In this document: positions 1 through 7,934 of the stretch, piece after piece
Numbering within the stretch: position 1 is the stretch's first letter
How the letters are laid out: every line of letters starts with the position of its first letter
Virus record (IMG/VR): IMGVR_UViG_3300045988_151198
DNA length: 64,000 bases
Strand: one strand, 5' to 3'
Source: a virus
Program-made: the position numbers and the translations under genes
The notes under the pieces: generated by a model
Databases searched by the model: none
What the model was told of the DNA's origin: nothing
Seen by the model: the letters and a program-made list of their open reading frames with translations, nothing else

Positions 1-255
1 TGTCTTATATTTGAATCCCCATTTTTCCATCAACCAAAGACCTTCCTTGATTAATGGATATGTCATCCACATGAAAAGAACACAGTTGTCTTTACTAATG
101 GATTCTACGGGAAGCTCCCCAATATCTTTTATGTTCATAGTAGAATAATGTTTTTCTGCCGAGCCATTAAGACCTTTATTGGAATAGCTCCAAGGTGGGT
201 CCGCGTAAATGACATCGTATTTTTCAGGGCAATGCCGCAGGTCTTTTATAATCAT
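1..255 (-). CDS. DNA N6-adenine methyltransferase, MT-A70-like; 5' portion only, the ORF runs off the left window edge
   Basis: Minus-strand translation from the ATG at 253-255 gives MIIKDLRHCPEKYDVIYADPPWSYSNKGLNGSAEKHYSTMNIKDIGELP..., with the DPPW catalytic motif typical of MT-A70 adenine MTases. No stop occurs before coordinate 1, so the ORF is absent from the ORF track. Confidence 0.6.
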   Translation of the reverse strand, partial: MIIKDLRHCPEKYDVIYADPPWSYSNKGLNGSAEKHYSTMNIKDIGELPVESISKDNCVLFMWMTYPLIKEGLWLMEKWGFKYKT

Positions 256-266
256 GAAGCGTCCTA

Positions 267-497
267 TTAAAGTGTTTCAAATTCAATTTCGGAATCATCG
301 GTATTTTCAGTATCCTCAACGAAAGGCTCATATTCCCTACAAACAGAGCACACCTCGCCAGAAGTGATAGGCGCGATTACTTCATCTTCATTTTCAGGAT
401 TTTTGTAAACAAATCTTACGCATCGTACAACAAGCCTATTTTCATTTTCAGGAATATCCACATAGGCGCACTTACACGTTCCAATTTTTGAATCCAT
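267..497 (-). CDS. small zinc-ribbon protein (CxC...CxxC), about 76 aa
   Basis: ORF 267..584 trimmed to an internal Met (MDSKIGTCKC...) preceded by a GAGGAGG RBS. Four Cys are arranged as two pairs. Confidence 0.4.
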   Translation of the reverse strand: MDSKIGTCKCAYVDIPENENRLVVRCVRFVYKNPENEDEVIAPITSGEVCSVCREYEPFVEDTENTDDSEIEFETL

Positions 498-627
498 TTT
501 TAAGAGCCTCCTCTTCCCATTCTTTTTCGAGTTTTTCTTTATTAGGTACAGGGATGATAAAAACACAAATGATGACCGCAGCAAAAGAAATCAGGCCACC
601 ATACAAAAGTGTCATAATAGTTTCCAT
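472..627 (-). CDS. small membrane protein (52 aa, one TM)
   Basis: Not in the ORF track because it is under 60 aa. An AAGGAGAA RBS precedes an ATG giving METIMTLLYGGLISFAAVIICVFIIPVPNKEKLEKEWEEEALKNGFKNWNV. It overlaps the next gene's start in another frame. Confidence 0.3.
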   Translation of the reverse strand: METIMTLLYGGLISFAAVIICVFIIPVPNKEKLEKEWEEEALKNGFKNWNV

Positions 628-638
628 CTGTGTTCTCC

Positions 639-959
639 TTACATATGAAACATAGATTTCAGTTTTTCGATAGTAGAGAGATATGGATTCTCTTCATCAT
701 CGATAGAGACATTTTCCGTTGGAGTAAGTTCATCTAAAAGAGACTTTAACTCCGAGCGGATAAGTTTTTCGCAATTTTGCATCGCTCTATATTTAGTTAC
801 ATATCTTGAACTCGACAGAAATGTCCTACCAAATGCTGTAAATCCCCAATTTCCTTTGTCATCTTTAAAAACAGTTGCGCCCGGGTCTATTACGCTTTTC
901 GTACAAAGGAGATATCTTTCTTGTTCGAGTGTCGATATATCTGCCCAATGATAATCCAT
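639..959 (-). CDS. hypothetical protein
   Basis: 106-aa ORF with a GAGGAGG RBS upstream of the ATG at 959. It is the last gene before the divergent intergenic region 960-1080. Confidence 0.5.
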   Translation of the reverse strand: MDYHWADISTLEQERYLLCTKSVIDPGATVFKDDKGNWGFTAFGRTFLSSSRYVTKYRAMQNCEKLIRSELKSLLDELTPTENVSIDDEENPYLSTIEKLKSMFHM

Positions 960-1080
960 AATTCATCCTCCTCAATTTTTTTCCCATACTATTTCACGAA
1001 GAAGTTTTTGTCAAGGGAAAAGTCTTGAATTTTTTGGTTGGATAGGTTACTTTGAAAAAATCACAGATTTGGAGGGAATT

Positions 1081-2682
1081 ATGAGGTTGAGGTATAACGG
1101 AAAACTTTTTCAAATACGGGCACATACACAGGAAGAACGGAGTGCCCTTAGTAAAATGAAACACGTAACATATAATAAGGAAGAAGATTGGTTCGAGACA
1201 AAGCTATTCAGGATTGCGAAGGAATTTATAGAAAGTTCTCACGATTACAGGACTAGAAGCACTCTTGAGAGTTTTTCAGAAAAATGGGATTTTTCTTGGG
1301 CCACAGCTCCGTCGAAAGGATTTTCCGTACCATCTAATGAAGGTTTGCAGTATTTAGATTATCAGTTGGCAGGTATAGAATATATGATGAGGAACCCCGG
1401 AGTCTTACTTGCTGACGAACCGGGAACGGGGAAAACCATTCAGATTGCCGGATATCTGAACAGCCTTCCGGAAATAAAGAGAGCTTTAATTATATGTCCA
1501 TCATCCCTCAGACTGAATTGGAAAAGGGAATTGGATAAATGGCTTGTCGATAAATCCCGTAAAGTAACTTTGGACCCTAAAGACGATGAGGCTTTCGCGC
1601 ATATCGTAAGCTTTTCGAGTGTATGGAGGCCGAACGTATTTCCTTTCCTCGACAAGAGAAAATACGATGTTGTGGCTATTGACGAAGCCCATAATTGCAA
1701 GAATGACGAAGCGAAAAGGACTATTCAGTCGCTTTATCTCGCAAAAAAAGCATTTCGGAAAGTCTTGATGACCGGAACTCCTTTGGTGAATAGACCCATA
1801 GAATTATTCCCGCTTCTGAACTGTCTTGACGAAAAAAGATGGCCTAATAAATTCGCGTTTGCATTCGAGTATTGTTCCGCACATTATGAAGATATATACA
1901 TATATGATAAGCAAAAAGGATGTGCGGTAAAAAAATCCGTACTCAATATGAGTGGAGCTAGCAATCTTCCATCATTATCCGAGAAGCTCCGTGGATCGAT
2001 GATGATTCGAAGATTGAAATCAGATGTGCTTCCGCAGCTCCCCAAGAAAAGAAGACAACTTATCGAAATACCTTTGGAGACGAAAGATTGTAAGGCAGCT
2101 ATCAAAGAAGAAGCCAAACGATGGGCTAAATTATGTGATCTTTATGGATACGAAGAATGCGTGCGCCAGATGGAGTTTGGTGAGGGAGTCGCGTTTACCG
2201 AGATGGCGGCAAAGCGCAAGGAAGTTGCATTGAGCAAAATACCATTTTGTGTAGAATATTTAAAAGATTTGCTTGAGGGGGTTGACAAAGTCGTCGTTTT
2301 CGCGCATCATAGGGCTGTTGTTGATTTACTAACTGACGAGCTTAAAGAGTACAATCCCGTAAAAGTTGTAGGAGGAATGTCGGACAAACAAAAGCAGGAA
2401 AGTGTTGATTCATTTCAAGAAAATGATAATGTGCATCTTTTTATCGGAAATATCCAAGCTGCTGGTGTCGGATACACCTTGACAAAAAGTTCAATAGTGG
2501 TATTTGTAGAATTGGCATTTGTGCCCGGTCTTATGAGTCAAGCTGAGGATCGTTGTGTACGAATCGGGGCTACAGCGGATTATGTGCTTGTTCAGCATTT
2601 AGTCTTAGAAAAATCCCTTGATAAAGAACTTTGTTCCATGCTTATTCATAAACAGGAAATTGCAGATAAAATTTTAAATTAA
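1081..2682 (+). CDS. SNF2-family DNA helicase (DEAH box)
   Basis: Motifs LLADEPGTGKT (Walker A / motif I), AIDEAHNCKN (motif II) and MTGTPLVNRP (motif III), plus C-terminal helicase motifs (QAAGVGYTLT, QAEDRCVRIG). Start set to the ATG at 1081 after the GGAGG RBS. Confidence 0.85.
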   Translation: MRLRYNGKLFQIRAHTQEERSALSKMKHVTYNKEEDWFETKLFRIAKEFIESSHDYRTRSTLESFSEKWDFSWATAPSKGFSVPSNEGLQYLDYQLAGIEYMMRNPGVLLADEPGTGKTIQIAGYLNSLPEIKRALIICPSSLRLNWKRELDKWLVDKSRKVTLDPKDDEAFAHIVSFSSVWRPNVFPFLDKRKYDVVAIDEAHNCKNDEAKRTIQSLYLAKKAFRKVLMTGTPLVNRPIELFPLLNCLDEKRWPNKFAFAFEYCSAHYEDIYIYDKQKGCAVKKSVLNMSGASNLPSLSEKLRGSMMIRRLKSDVLPQLPKKRRQLIEIPLETKDCKAAIKEEAKRWAKLCDLYGYEECVRQMEFGEGVAFTEMAAKRKEVALSKIPFCVEYLKDLLEGVDKVVVFAHHRAVVDLLTDELKEYNPVKVVGGMSDKQKQESVDSFQENDNVHLFIGNIQAAGVGYTLTKSSIVVFVELAFVPGLMSQAEDRCVRIGATADYVLVQHLVLEKSLDKELCSMLIHKQEIADKILN

Positions 2683-2696
2683 TAAATAGGGATAAT

Positions 2697-3194
2697 ATGA
2701 AGCTTAATTTTGATAGTATCGTAGGTGTGGAGATAGGTGAATTTCGTGATATCCTAACCTCTGTTCTTGATGGAAATCCATGTTTTATGGAAGAGATTTC
2801 TTTGAAAGCTCGTAGGGAATTGGGGTTTGCATTAGTGAAAGAAGAAGATTGTCATGGCAGGTCATATCTTCCTCTTATTAAAAAGTACGTTAAACTTATT
2901 AAATGTCAAGAAAGCTCCGAATATGAAAGATTGGTTTTGCATGGCGCAAAATTTATGGGCCTTGAAAGAGAAATTGGTTCCTATGCCATGCGAAATAAGG
3001 AGGAACTTATTTTCAGAGATCCGAGTAAACTAGCCATAATTTCCGTTTATGTGAAAGAAGTTCTTATCCCTGAAATTTTAGATTCTTTGGAAAATATTCC
3101 TGTGGAGGAAAGAAAGTCTTTAGCTATTCTTATAAAAAGTATGTCGGAATCTGAGCTTGCAGACCTTATTTTTGAAAATTTTTTTAATAAATAA
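2697..3194 (+). CDS. hypothetical protein
   Basis: 165-aa ORF packed tightly downstream of the SNF2 gene. No recognisable motifs. Confidence 0.5.
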   Translation: MKLNFDSIVGVEIGEFRDILTSVLDGNPCFMEEISLKARRELGFALVKEEDCHGRSYLPLIKKYVKLIKCQESSEYERLVLHGAKFMGLEREIGSYAMRNKEELIFRDPSKLAIISVYVKEVLIPEILDSLENIPVEERKSLAILIKSMSESELADLIFENFFNK

Positions 3195-3213
3195 TTAAAG
3201 GAGAGAGAACTTA

Positions 3214-4017
3214 ATGTGGGCATCTGATAATATCCGAGTAAATGTGGAAGGTTCCCCCGAAGCGGTTGCCGAGTTTTTCTTGCGTCTTGGAGGAATGAAG
3301 TCCGGATTTAATGAAGCAGTAGAATCGCCTATTTCTTCCGAGCCACATAAACACGAATCAGTGGTAAAAAAGATTGATACGAAAGATGAAAAGAACACGT
3401 CTTCCATCGAAGATAAGCCCGTTGAAAATGAAGAAGAGGCACCTGACGTAGAAAACAAGCCTACGAATAGTGACGAAGAACGTGAGCATTTGAAGTCTAT
3501 TCTTACCGAACGTGGCATCGAGTTTTCTCCTCGTGCACGTCTTGCCACATTGAAGAAGCTCGTAGAAGATTCCGATAATACTGTCGAAGAAACCGCCAAA
3601 GAACCTGAACCCGAAATTATCGAAAATGACGATGTTCCTCCTGTCATGGAAGACCCTGCGGCGACTATTTTGCAGAAGACCGGGCAGGAAGAATATAACG
3701 GCGGTGAAGGTGTGTCCTCCGAGGAAGAGGATTATGGGGACGTTCCTTCCGAACCGCTCAAGTTTGAGGAAGAACCTGAAAGAACTTATACTCCGGCAGA
3801 ATTTCTGGATGAGTGCAAGCGGTATTGCAGTCGGGTAATGCGGACTGGCAGAGATCTTGATACGTCTCATAGAATGCTTGCCGATATTCTTCAAAATGTG
3901 ACGGGTGTAACTCGCAAAGTCATTGAAGTGGAGGAGAAATATTACAATACGATTGTGACGAAACTTCATAATCATATAGACCTTTTGCGAGAAGATCACA
4001 ATTCAACCAATGAATAA
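3214..4017 (+). CDS. highly acidic hypothetical protein
   Basis: 267 aa with a strong AAAGGAGAG RBS. Long Glu/Asp-rich tracts (EEEAPDVENKPTNSDEE...SSEEEDYGDVPSEPLKFEEEPE). Overlapping minus-strand ORFs are considered shadows. Confidence 0.55.
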   Translation: MWASDNIRVNVEGSPEAVAEFFLRLGGMKSGFNEAVESPISSEPHKHESVVKKIDTKDEKNTSSIEDKPVENEEEAPDVENKPTNSDEEREHLKSILTERGIEFSPRARLATLKKLVEDSDNTVEETAKEPEPEIIENDDVPPVMEDPAATILQKTGQEEYNGGEGVSSEEEDYGDVPSEPLKFEEEPERTYTPAEFLDECKRYCSRVMRTGRDLDTSHRMLADILQNVTGVTRKVIEVEEKYYNTIVTKLHNHIDLLREDHNSTNE

Positions 4018-4037
4018 AGAAATGAAAGGTAAGTGTA

Positions 4038-5300
4038 TTGGGAAAACATAGCAGGATAGGAGCTTCTTCCTCAGAAAGATGGATGGCGTGCCCCGCTTCC
4101 GTCAGGATGAGCGTAGGGCTCAAAAACGAAGGCGGCCCCGCAGCAAAAGAGGGCACGGCGGCCCATGCTCTCGCAGAGTTCTGCCTTAAAAATGAGATGT
4201 ATCCCGCATGTAAGAAAGGAAAAAAGATCTACGTAAAGGGAGATTCCTTTGAGATAGAAGAAGAGATGATAAAAAGCGTCTCTCTTTACGTAGGCCACAT
4301 TCTTTACGTAGTTCATAATCAAAAATTGTGGATGGACGAGAATGGCGACCTTGTTCAAATCGAATCCGAAAATATTCATTTTGAAAAGTTTGAGAAAGGG
4401 GATAGCAAGAAGCTGTCCGTCGAGGAAAAATTCGCTCTTACTTGGATAAAGGAAGGGATGTTCGGTACATGCGACTGTAATTACAAAGATTATAAGAATA
4501 GGAGACTGTATGTATTCGACCTAAAATATGGAAAGAGCACGCCAGTAACAGCCGTTGACAATTCTCAAATGAAATACTACGCTTTGGGTATTGTAGGAGA
4601 GCCATTATCGAATGACGACTTTGATGAAGTAGTAATGGTTATTGTCCAGCCGAGAAACGATTGTTTCGGGGTAAGTTCGTACAGTCTAAAGATCGATGAT
4701 CTCTATCTCTGGGCTGAAACGGAGTTACGCCCTGCGGCAGAAAAGACAGAAGATCCTGATGCCGAATTTTCATCAGGAGATCACTGTAAATGGTGCCCGG
4801 CCTTTGGAGTTTGTCCTCAGATCGAAAAAGATCTTGGATATTTAGTAAATTATAACAATTATATAGAAGAAAAGAAAAAAAATATTGAACTTCCAGACCC
4901 AAGACACTTGACAAGTGAAGAAAAGTCTCGTATATTGCATCTATCGATTGTGTACGCACCTTGGATCGAAGCGGTGGCAAAATCAGCTTATGAAGACGCT
5001 GTCGCGGGAAGATTAGTTCCGGGGTTTAAGTTAGTTAAAAAAAGAAAATCGAGACGAGTTTGGAGGGACAATGCGCTCACCGCCCAAGAGCTAAGTTTGA
5101 AGTATGGAGATGAAATTTTTGAGGAGAGAAAGTTAAAATCGCCTTCTAAATTAGAAGGTATTTTGACAGGAGAGGAAATTGATCTCTACTCATTTAGACC
5201 GGAATCCGGTACGGAATTAAAACCAGAAAACGATAAACGTAAATCCGTAAATCCATTAACATCTATCGACGAATTTTATTCGCAACAAGAGGAAAACTAA
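4038..5300 (+). CDS. PD-(D/E)XK nuclease, DUF2800/Cas4-like, with a C-terminal Cys cluster
   Basis: D-x-K core (YVFDLKYGK) and a C-terminal HCKWCPAFGVCPQ Cys cluster as in Cas4/DUF2800 phage nucleases. A DUF2815-like gene follows it, which is the usual pairing. The start is uncertain: TTG at 4038 or ATG at 4083. Confidence 0.7.
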   Translation: MGKHSRIGASSSERWMACPASVRMSVGLKNEGGPAAKEGTAAHALAEFCLKNEMYPACKKGKKIYVKGDSFEIEEEMIKSVSLYVGHILYVVHNQKLWMDENGDLVQIESENIHFEKFEKGDSKKLSVEEKFALTWIKEGMFGTCDCNYKDYKNRRLYVFDLKYGKSTPVTAVDNSQMKYYALGIVGEPLSNDDFDEVVMVIVQPRNDCFGVSSYSLKIDDLYLWAETELRPAAEKTEDPDAEFSSGDHCKWCPAFGVCPQIEKDLGYLVNYNNYIEEKKKNIELPDPRHLTSEEKSRILHLSIVYAPWIEAVAKSAYEDAVAGRLVPGFKLVKKRKSRRVWRDNALTAQELSLKYGDEIFEERKLKSPSKLEGILTGEEIDLYSFRPESGTELKPENDKRKSVNPLTSIDEFYSQQEEN

Positions 5301-5301
5301 A

Positions 5302-5961
5302 ATGGCAAGAGTTACTAAGCGCGTTATTTTCAAGGCTTCTATTTCTTATCCTCATCTTTCCGAGCCTGTAGTCAATCCCAATGATAAGAACAAAGACCCT
5401 CAGTACAGCATTGAAGCGCGCATTCCCAAGAGCGACGTAGACACGATTAAGAAAGTGCGCTCCGTGCTTGAGGAAGTTTATACCGAGGGCGCTGGCCCGG
5501 ATAAGAAGAAGTGGAAAGTTGATTTCCGTGAGCCCGGCTTTTTTGATACGTATCTGTCGAAGCAAGGCAAGGATGGTTTCCCTCTTCGAGACGGCAAATA
5601 TAAGCCGAGCGGCGATTGCGACGATATTGTTTTCATGAGCGTCAAAAACAAGTATCCTATTGCTCTGGGCGTAAAGACTGGCCCCACGACTTATCGGAAG
5701 CTCGAATCGAAAGAAGAAATCGAAAAGGAACTTTACGCTGGTTGTATTGCCGATGTCATCATGGATGTTTACTACAATGACAAGCCCGGCACTGAATCCG
5801 GATGCTTCCTTTCCCTCAAGGGTGTCGTAAAGACTGGTGAAGGGCAGCGTCTTGCCGGAAGCTCTCCCGTCGACCTTGGTGAACTCTATGGCACCGAAGA
5901 AAATAACGATGTAACCTACGGTGGCTCGGAAGATTCTTCCTCCGATGATTTGCCGTTCTAA
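5302..5961 (+). CDS. phage ssDNA-binding protein, DUF2815-like
   Basis: 219 aa. The N-terminus MARVTKRVIFKASISYPHLSEP resembles DUF2815 proteins encoded next to DUF2800 nucleases. Gly/Asp/Ser-rich acidic C-terminal tail ending DDLPF, typical of SSB tails. Confidence 0.55.
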   Translation: MARVTKRVIFKASISYPHLSEPVVNPNDKNKDPQYSIEARIPKSDVDTIKKVRSVLEEVYTEGAGPDKKKWKVDFREPGFFDTYLSKQGKDGFPLRDGKYKPSGDCDDIVFMSVKNKYPIALGVKTGPTTYRKLESKEEIEKELYAGCIADVIMDVYYNDKPGTESGCFLSLKGVVKTGEGQRLAGSSPVDLGELYGTEENNDVTYGGSEDSSSDDLPF

Positions 5962-5983
5962 TAAAAAATAAGGAAATAAAATA

Positions 5984-6286
5984 ATGTCAGAGAATGAAAA
6001 GACCAACAATGTTTGCCGCCGCGACTTGACGAATGCCGTCATGCGTATTACCGGATTCCGCCGTGCTGATATCGAAAAGGTTATCAATGCGTATACTGAG
6101 GTGATTTATGCCAATCTTAAAGCAGGGCGTAGCGTGAAGCTGCATCGGCTGTGTACTTTCAAGGTCGTAGACTTGGCCCCCCGTGAGTTCCGTTCAAACC
6201 TTACCGGAGAAATTGTTCGTAAGCCCGCACGAAAACGTGTTCGTGTGAAGCTTTCCTCCCGACTCCAGATTAATGAGAAGAACTAA
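5984..6286 (+). CDS. HU/IHF-family DNA-binding protein
   Basis: 100 aa. The beta-arm region FRSNLTGEIVRKPARKRVRVK matches the HU/IHF DNA-binding arm; the size fits. Confidence 0.7.
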   Translation: MSENEKTNNVCRRDLTNAVMRITGFRRADIEKVINAYTEVIYANLKAGRSVKLHRLCTFKVVDLAPREFRSNLTGEIVRKPARKRVRVKLSSRLQINEKN

Positions 6287-6301
6287 AACCCTATAACAAA
6301 A

Positions 6302-6342
6302 GTCCCCGCATCCGAGCTAAAAAAAGCAAAGAGCGGGGACTC
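6302..6342 (+). terminator. hairpin AGTCCCCGC...GCGGGGACT after the HU gene
   Basis: A 9-bp GC-rich stem with a long (23-nt) loop; the U-tract is weak. Confidence 0.3.
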
Positions 6343-6366
6343 TACGTTTATACTGAGAGATACGCT

Positions 6367-6555
6367 ATGACCATATCAAACTGTTTGTACTGCGGGGGAA
6401 AGGGGAAGCTCGTAATTCGATCCGGATTAAAGAATTATCGTAAAGTCGATATTTATCAGGTGCAATGCAATAAATGTCGTGCTAGAGGTCCTATATCCGA
6501 TAATGAAATCAATGCTATACGTTATTGGAACGGAAAAGGGTATCCTTCCGCATAA
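6367..6555 (+). CDS. Lar-family restriction alleviation-like zinc-ribbon protein
   Basis: 62 aa with CLYCGG...CNKCRARG and a C-terminal ...AIRYWNGK motif, as in Lar family proteins (C4 zinc ribbon followed by WN). Confidence 0.45.
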   Translation: MTISNCLYCGGKGKLVIRSGLKNYRKVDIYQVQCNKCRARGPISDNEINAIRYWNGKGYPSA

Positions 6556-6619
6556 AAAGTTCTTGACACGAAAAGCGTAATTTAATAGGTTGTAAAAAAC
6601 ATCAACAAGGAGAGAAAAT

Positions 6620-7669
6620 ATGTCTATTCTCAAGTCCAAAGTTTCCGTTATCCGTTTTATCACCGAAGTTGAAGATAATCTTGAAACTATCATCAATGGG
6701 CTTAACGCCGCACGTTTTCAGGAAAAGTGGGAAGCCGGGATGGATTCCATGCAAGGCTTCCGCCCCCTTAATGACCGTTGGGGCTCCTCTGATTTCCACG
6801 AAGGCAACATCAAGGCGAATGGGTTTATTGCATTCTTTTTCCGTACTGACACTAAGCGGGTAGATCCCAATCTTCTCAAGCGTGAAATCTCTGACCGGAT
6901 TGAGCGTTTCTCTGAAACTCATGGGAAGAAGCCCAATCGTGAAGAACGTAAGGACATTCAGGTCACTGTAAAGAATAAGCTGCTCGGAGAAGAAAAGGCC
7001 AAGCCTTCTTTCTATCCGGTTATGTTTAATCCTGAAACGGGGGAAGGGTATCTTTTCGCTACTTCCAATAGTGTCTTTGAGAAGTTCCGGGCGTCGTTCA
7101 AGTTGGTCGCCGGGATTCCAAATGTCAAGAATCTCGAAGAAATCGTGGAATCCAGAAATCTTGATTTTATGGTCGATAGCCAGACGTTCCTGACGTGGTT
7201 CTGGTGGCGCATGGAGAACGATCCCACCAAACCCGTCACCACCGAGAATACTTCCTACGAATGCTCCATGAGCGGCACTGTAACGGTAAGTTCGGCGGAA
7301 ACCGGGGAAAAGGTCACGGAGAAGTCGGATCAGCTTCATGAGGCTCGTATGGCCCTTCTGCGGGGTCTTCGTGCGGAAAAGGCGGCGGTTACTTGCTGCG
7401 CTGGTTCTGGAGTTAATATTGAGTTTACTTTGAATAATGAAAGCCTCAATATTTCCGGGCTCCCTATTCCTAAGATGGAAGAAAAGCCGAGCGACGTGTT
7501 TGAAGAATTTGAACATGCGAAGATTCATATTGATGAAGCTTTTGCTCTTATTGATTCTTTGATGGAGGAATATATTGAGCTTAATGCGGTAGGCGACCCG
7601 CTGCCTCCTACTCCGCTTATTCATTGGGGCCGTGGGGACTTTTGTTCCGGAAGCATTGAAATTCTGTAA
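6620..7669 (+). CDS. hypothetical protein; possible RdgC-like recombination-associated protein
   Basis: 349 aa with a strong AAGGAGAG RBS. Size, N-terminus and position in a recombination module are reminiscent of RdgC, but the similarity is weak. The 362-aa ORF on the opposite strand lacks an RBS and is considered a shadow. Confidence 0.3.
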   Translation: MSILKSKVSVIRFITEVEDNLETIINGLNAARFQEKWEAGMDSMQGFRPLNDRWGSSDFHEGNIKANGFIAFFFRTDTKRVDPNLLKREISDRIERFSETHGKKPNREERKDIQVTVKNKLLGEEKAKPSFYPVMFNPETGEGYLFATSNSVFEKFRASFKLVAGIPNVKNLEEIVESRNLDFMVDSQTFLTWFWWRMENDPTKPVTTENTSYECSMSGTVTVSSAETGEKVTEKSDQLHEARMALLRGLRAEKAAVTCCAGSGVNIEFTLNNESLNISGLPIPKMEEKPSDVFEEFEHAKIHIDEAFALIDSLMEEYIELNAVGDPLPPTPLIHWGRGDFCSGSIEIL

Positions 7670-7683
7670 GCACGGAGGATATA

Positions 7684-7875
7684 ATGGCAAAAGGAACTTT
7701 CAGGGTAGTAGAAAAAATTTGTCCTTTCTTGAATGCGCCGTGTAAGGAAAAGAGGTGTATGATGTGGGATGAAAAATATCTAGTCTGCCAATTGGCATAT
7801 CCAGCGAAACGTAGGGTAAAAGGCGAAAGTATACAGCCGCTTTATCTAAATCATATAAACATGGAAACGAAATAA
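7684..7875 (+). CDS. small Cys-rich hypothetical protein
   Basis: 63 aa with a GGAGGA RBS. CPFLNAPCKEKRC...C motif. Confidence 0.35.
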   Translation: MAKGTFRVVEKICPFLNAPCKEKRCMMWDEKYLVCQLAYPAKRRVKGESIQPLYLNHINMETK

Positions 7876-7885
7876 ATAAAAAAAA

Positions 7886-7922
7886 GATACCAGCGTTTGT
7901 TAAAAATTCTGGTATCTTTTTT
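7886..7922 (+). terminator. rho-independent terminator (GATACCAG...CTGGTATC followed by TTTTTT)
   Basis: An 8-bp stem with a 15-nt loop and a T6 tract, between the small Cys protein and polA. Confidence 0.55.
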
Positions 7923-7934
7923 AATAAAGGAGGC

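Noticed and set aside
3195-3999. Two minus-strand ORFs (150 and 213 aa)
   Set aside because: They overlap the acidic plus-strand gene 3214..4017. Their low-complexity Ser/Phe-rich translations are typical of antisense reads of GAA/GAG-rich coding sequence.
5263-6087. 274-aa minus-strand ORF
   Set aside because: It lies entirely antisense to the DUF2815 SSB-like gene and the HU gene, which have strong RBSs and recognisable motifs. It has no RBS and is treated as a shadow ORF.
6602-7690. 362-aa minus-strand ORF
   Set aside because: It is the mirror image of the 349-aa plus-strand ORF 6620..7669, which has a strong AAGGAGAG RBS and fits the gene order. No RBS precedes the minus-strand start.
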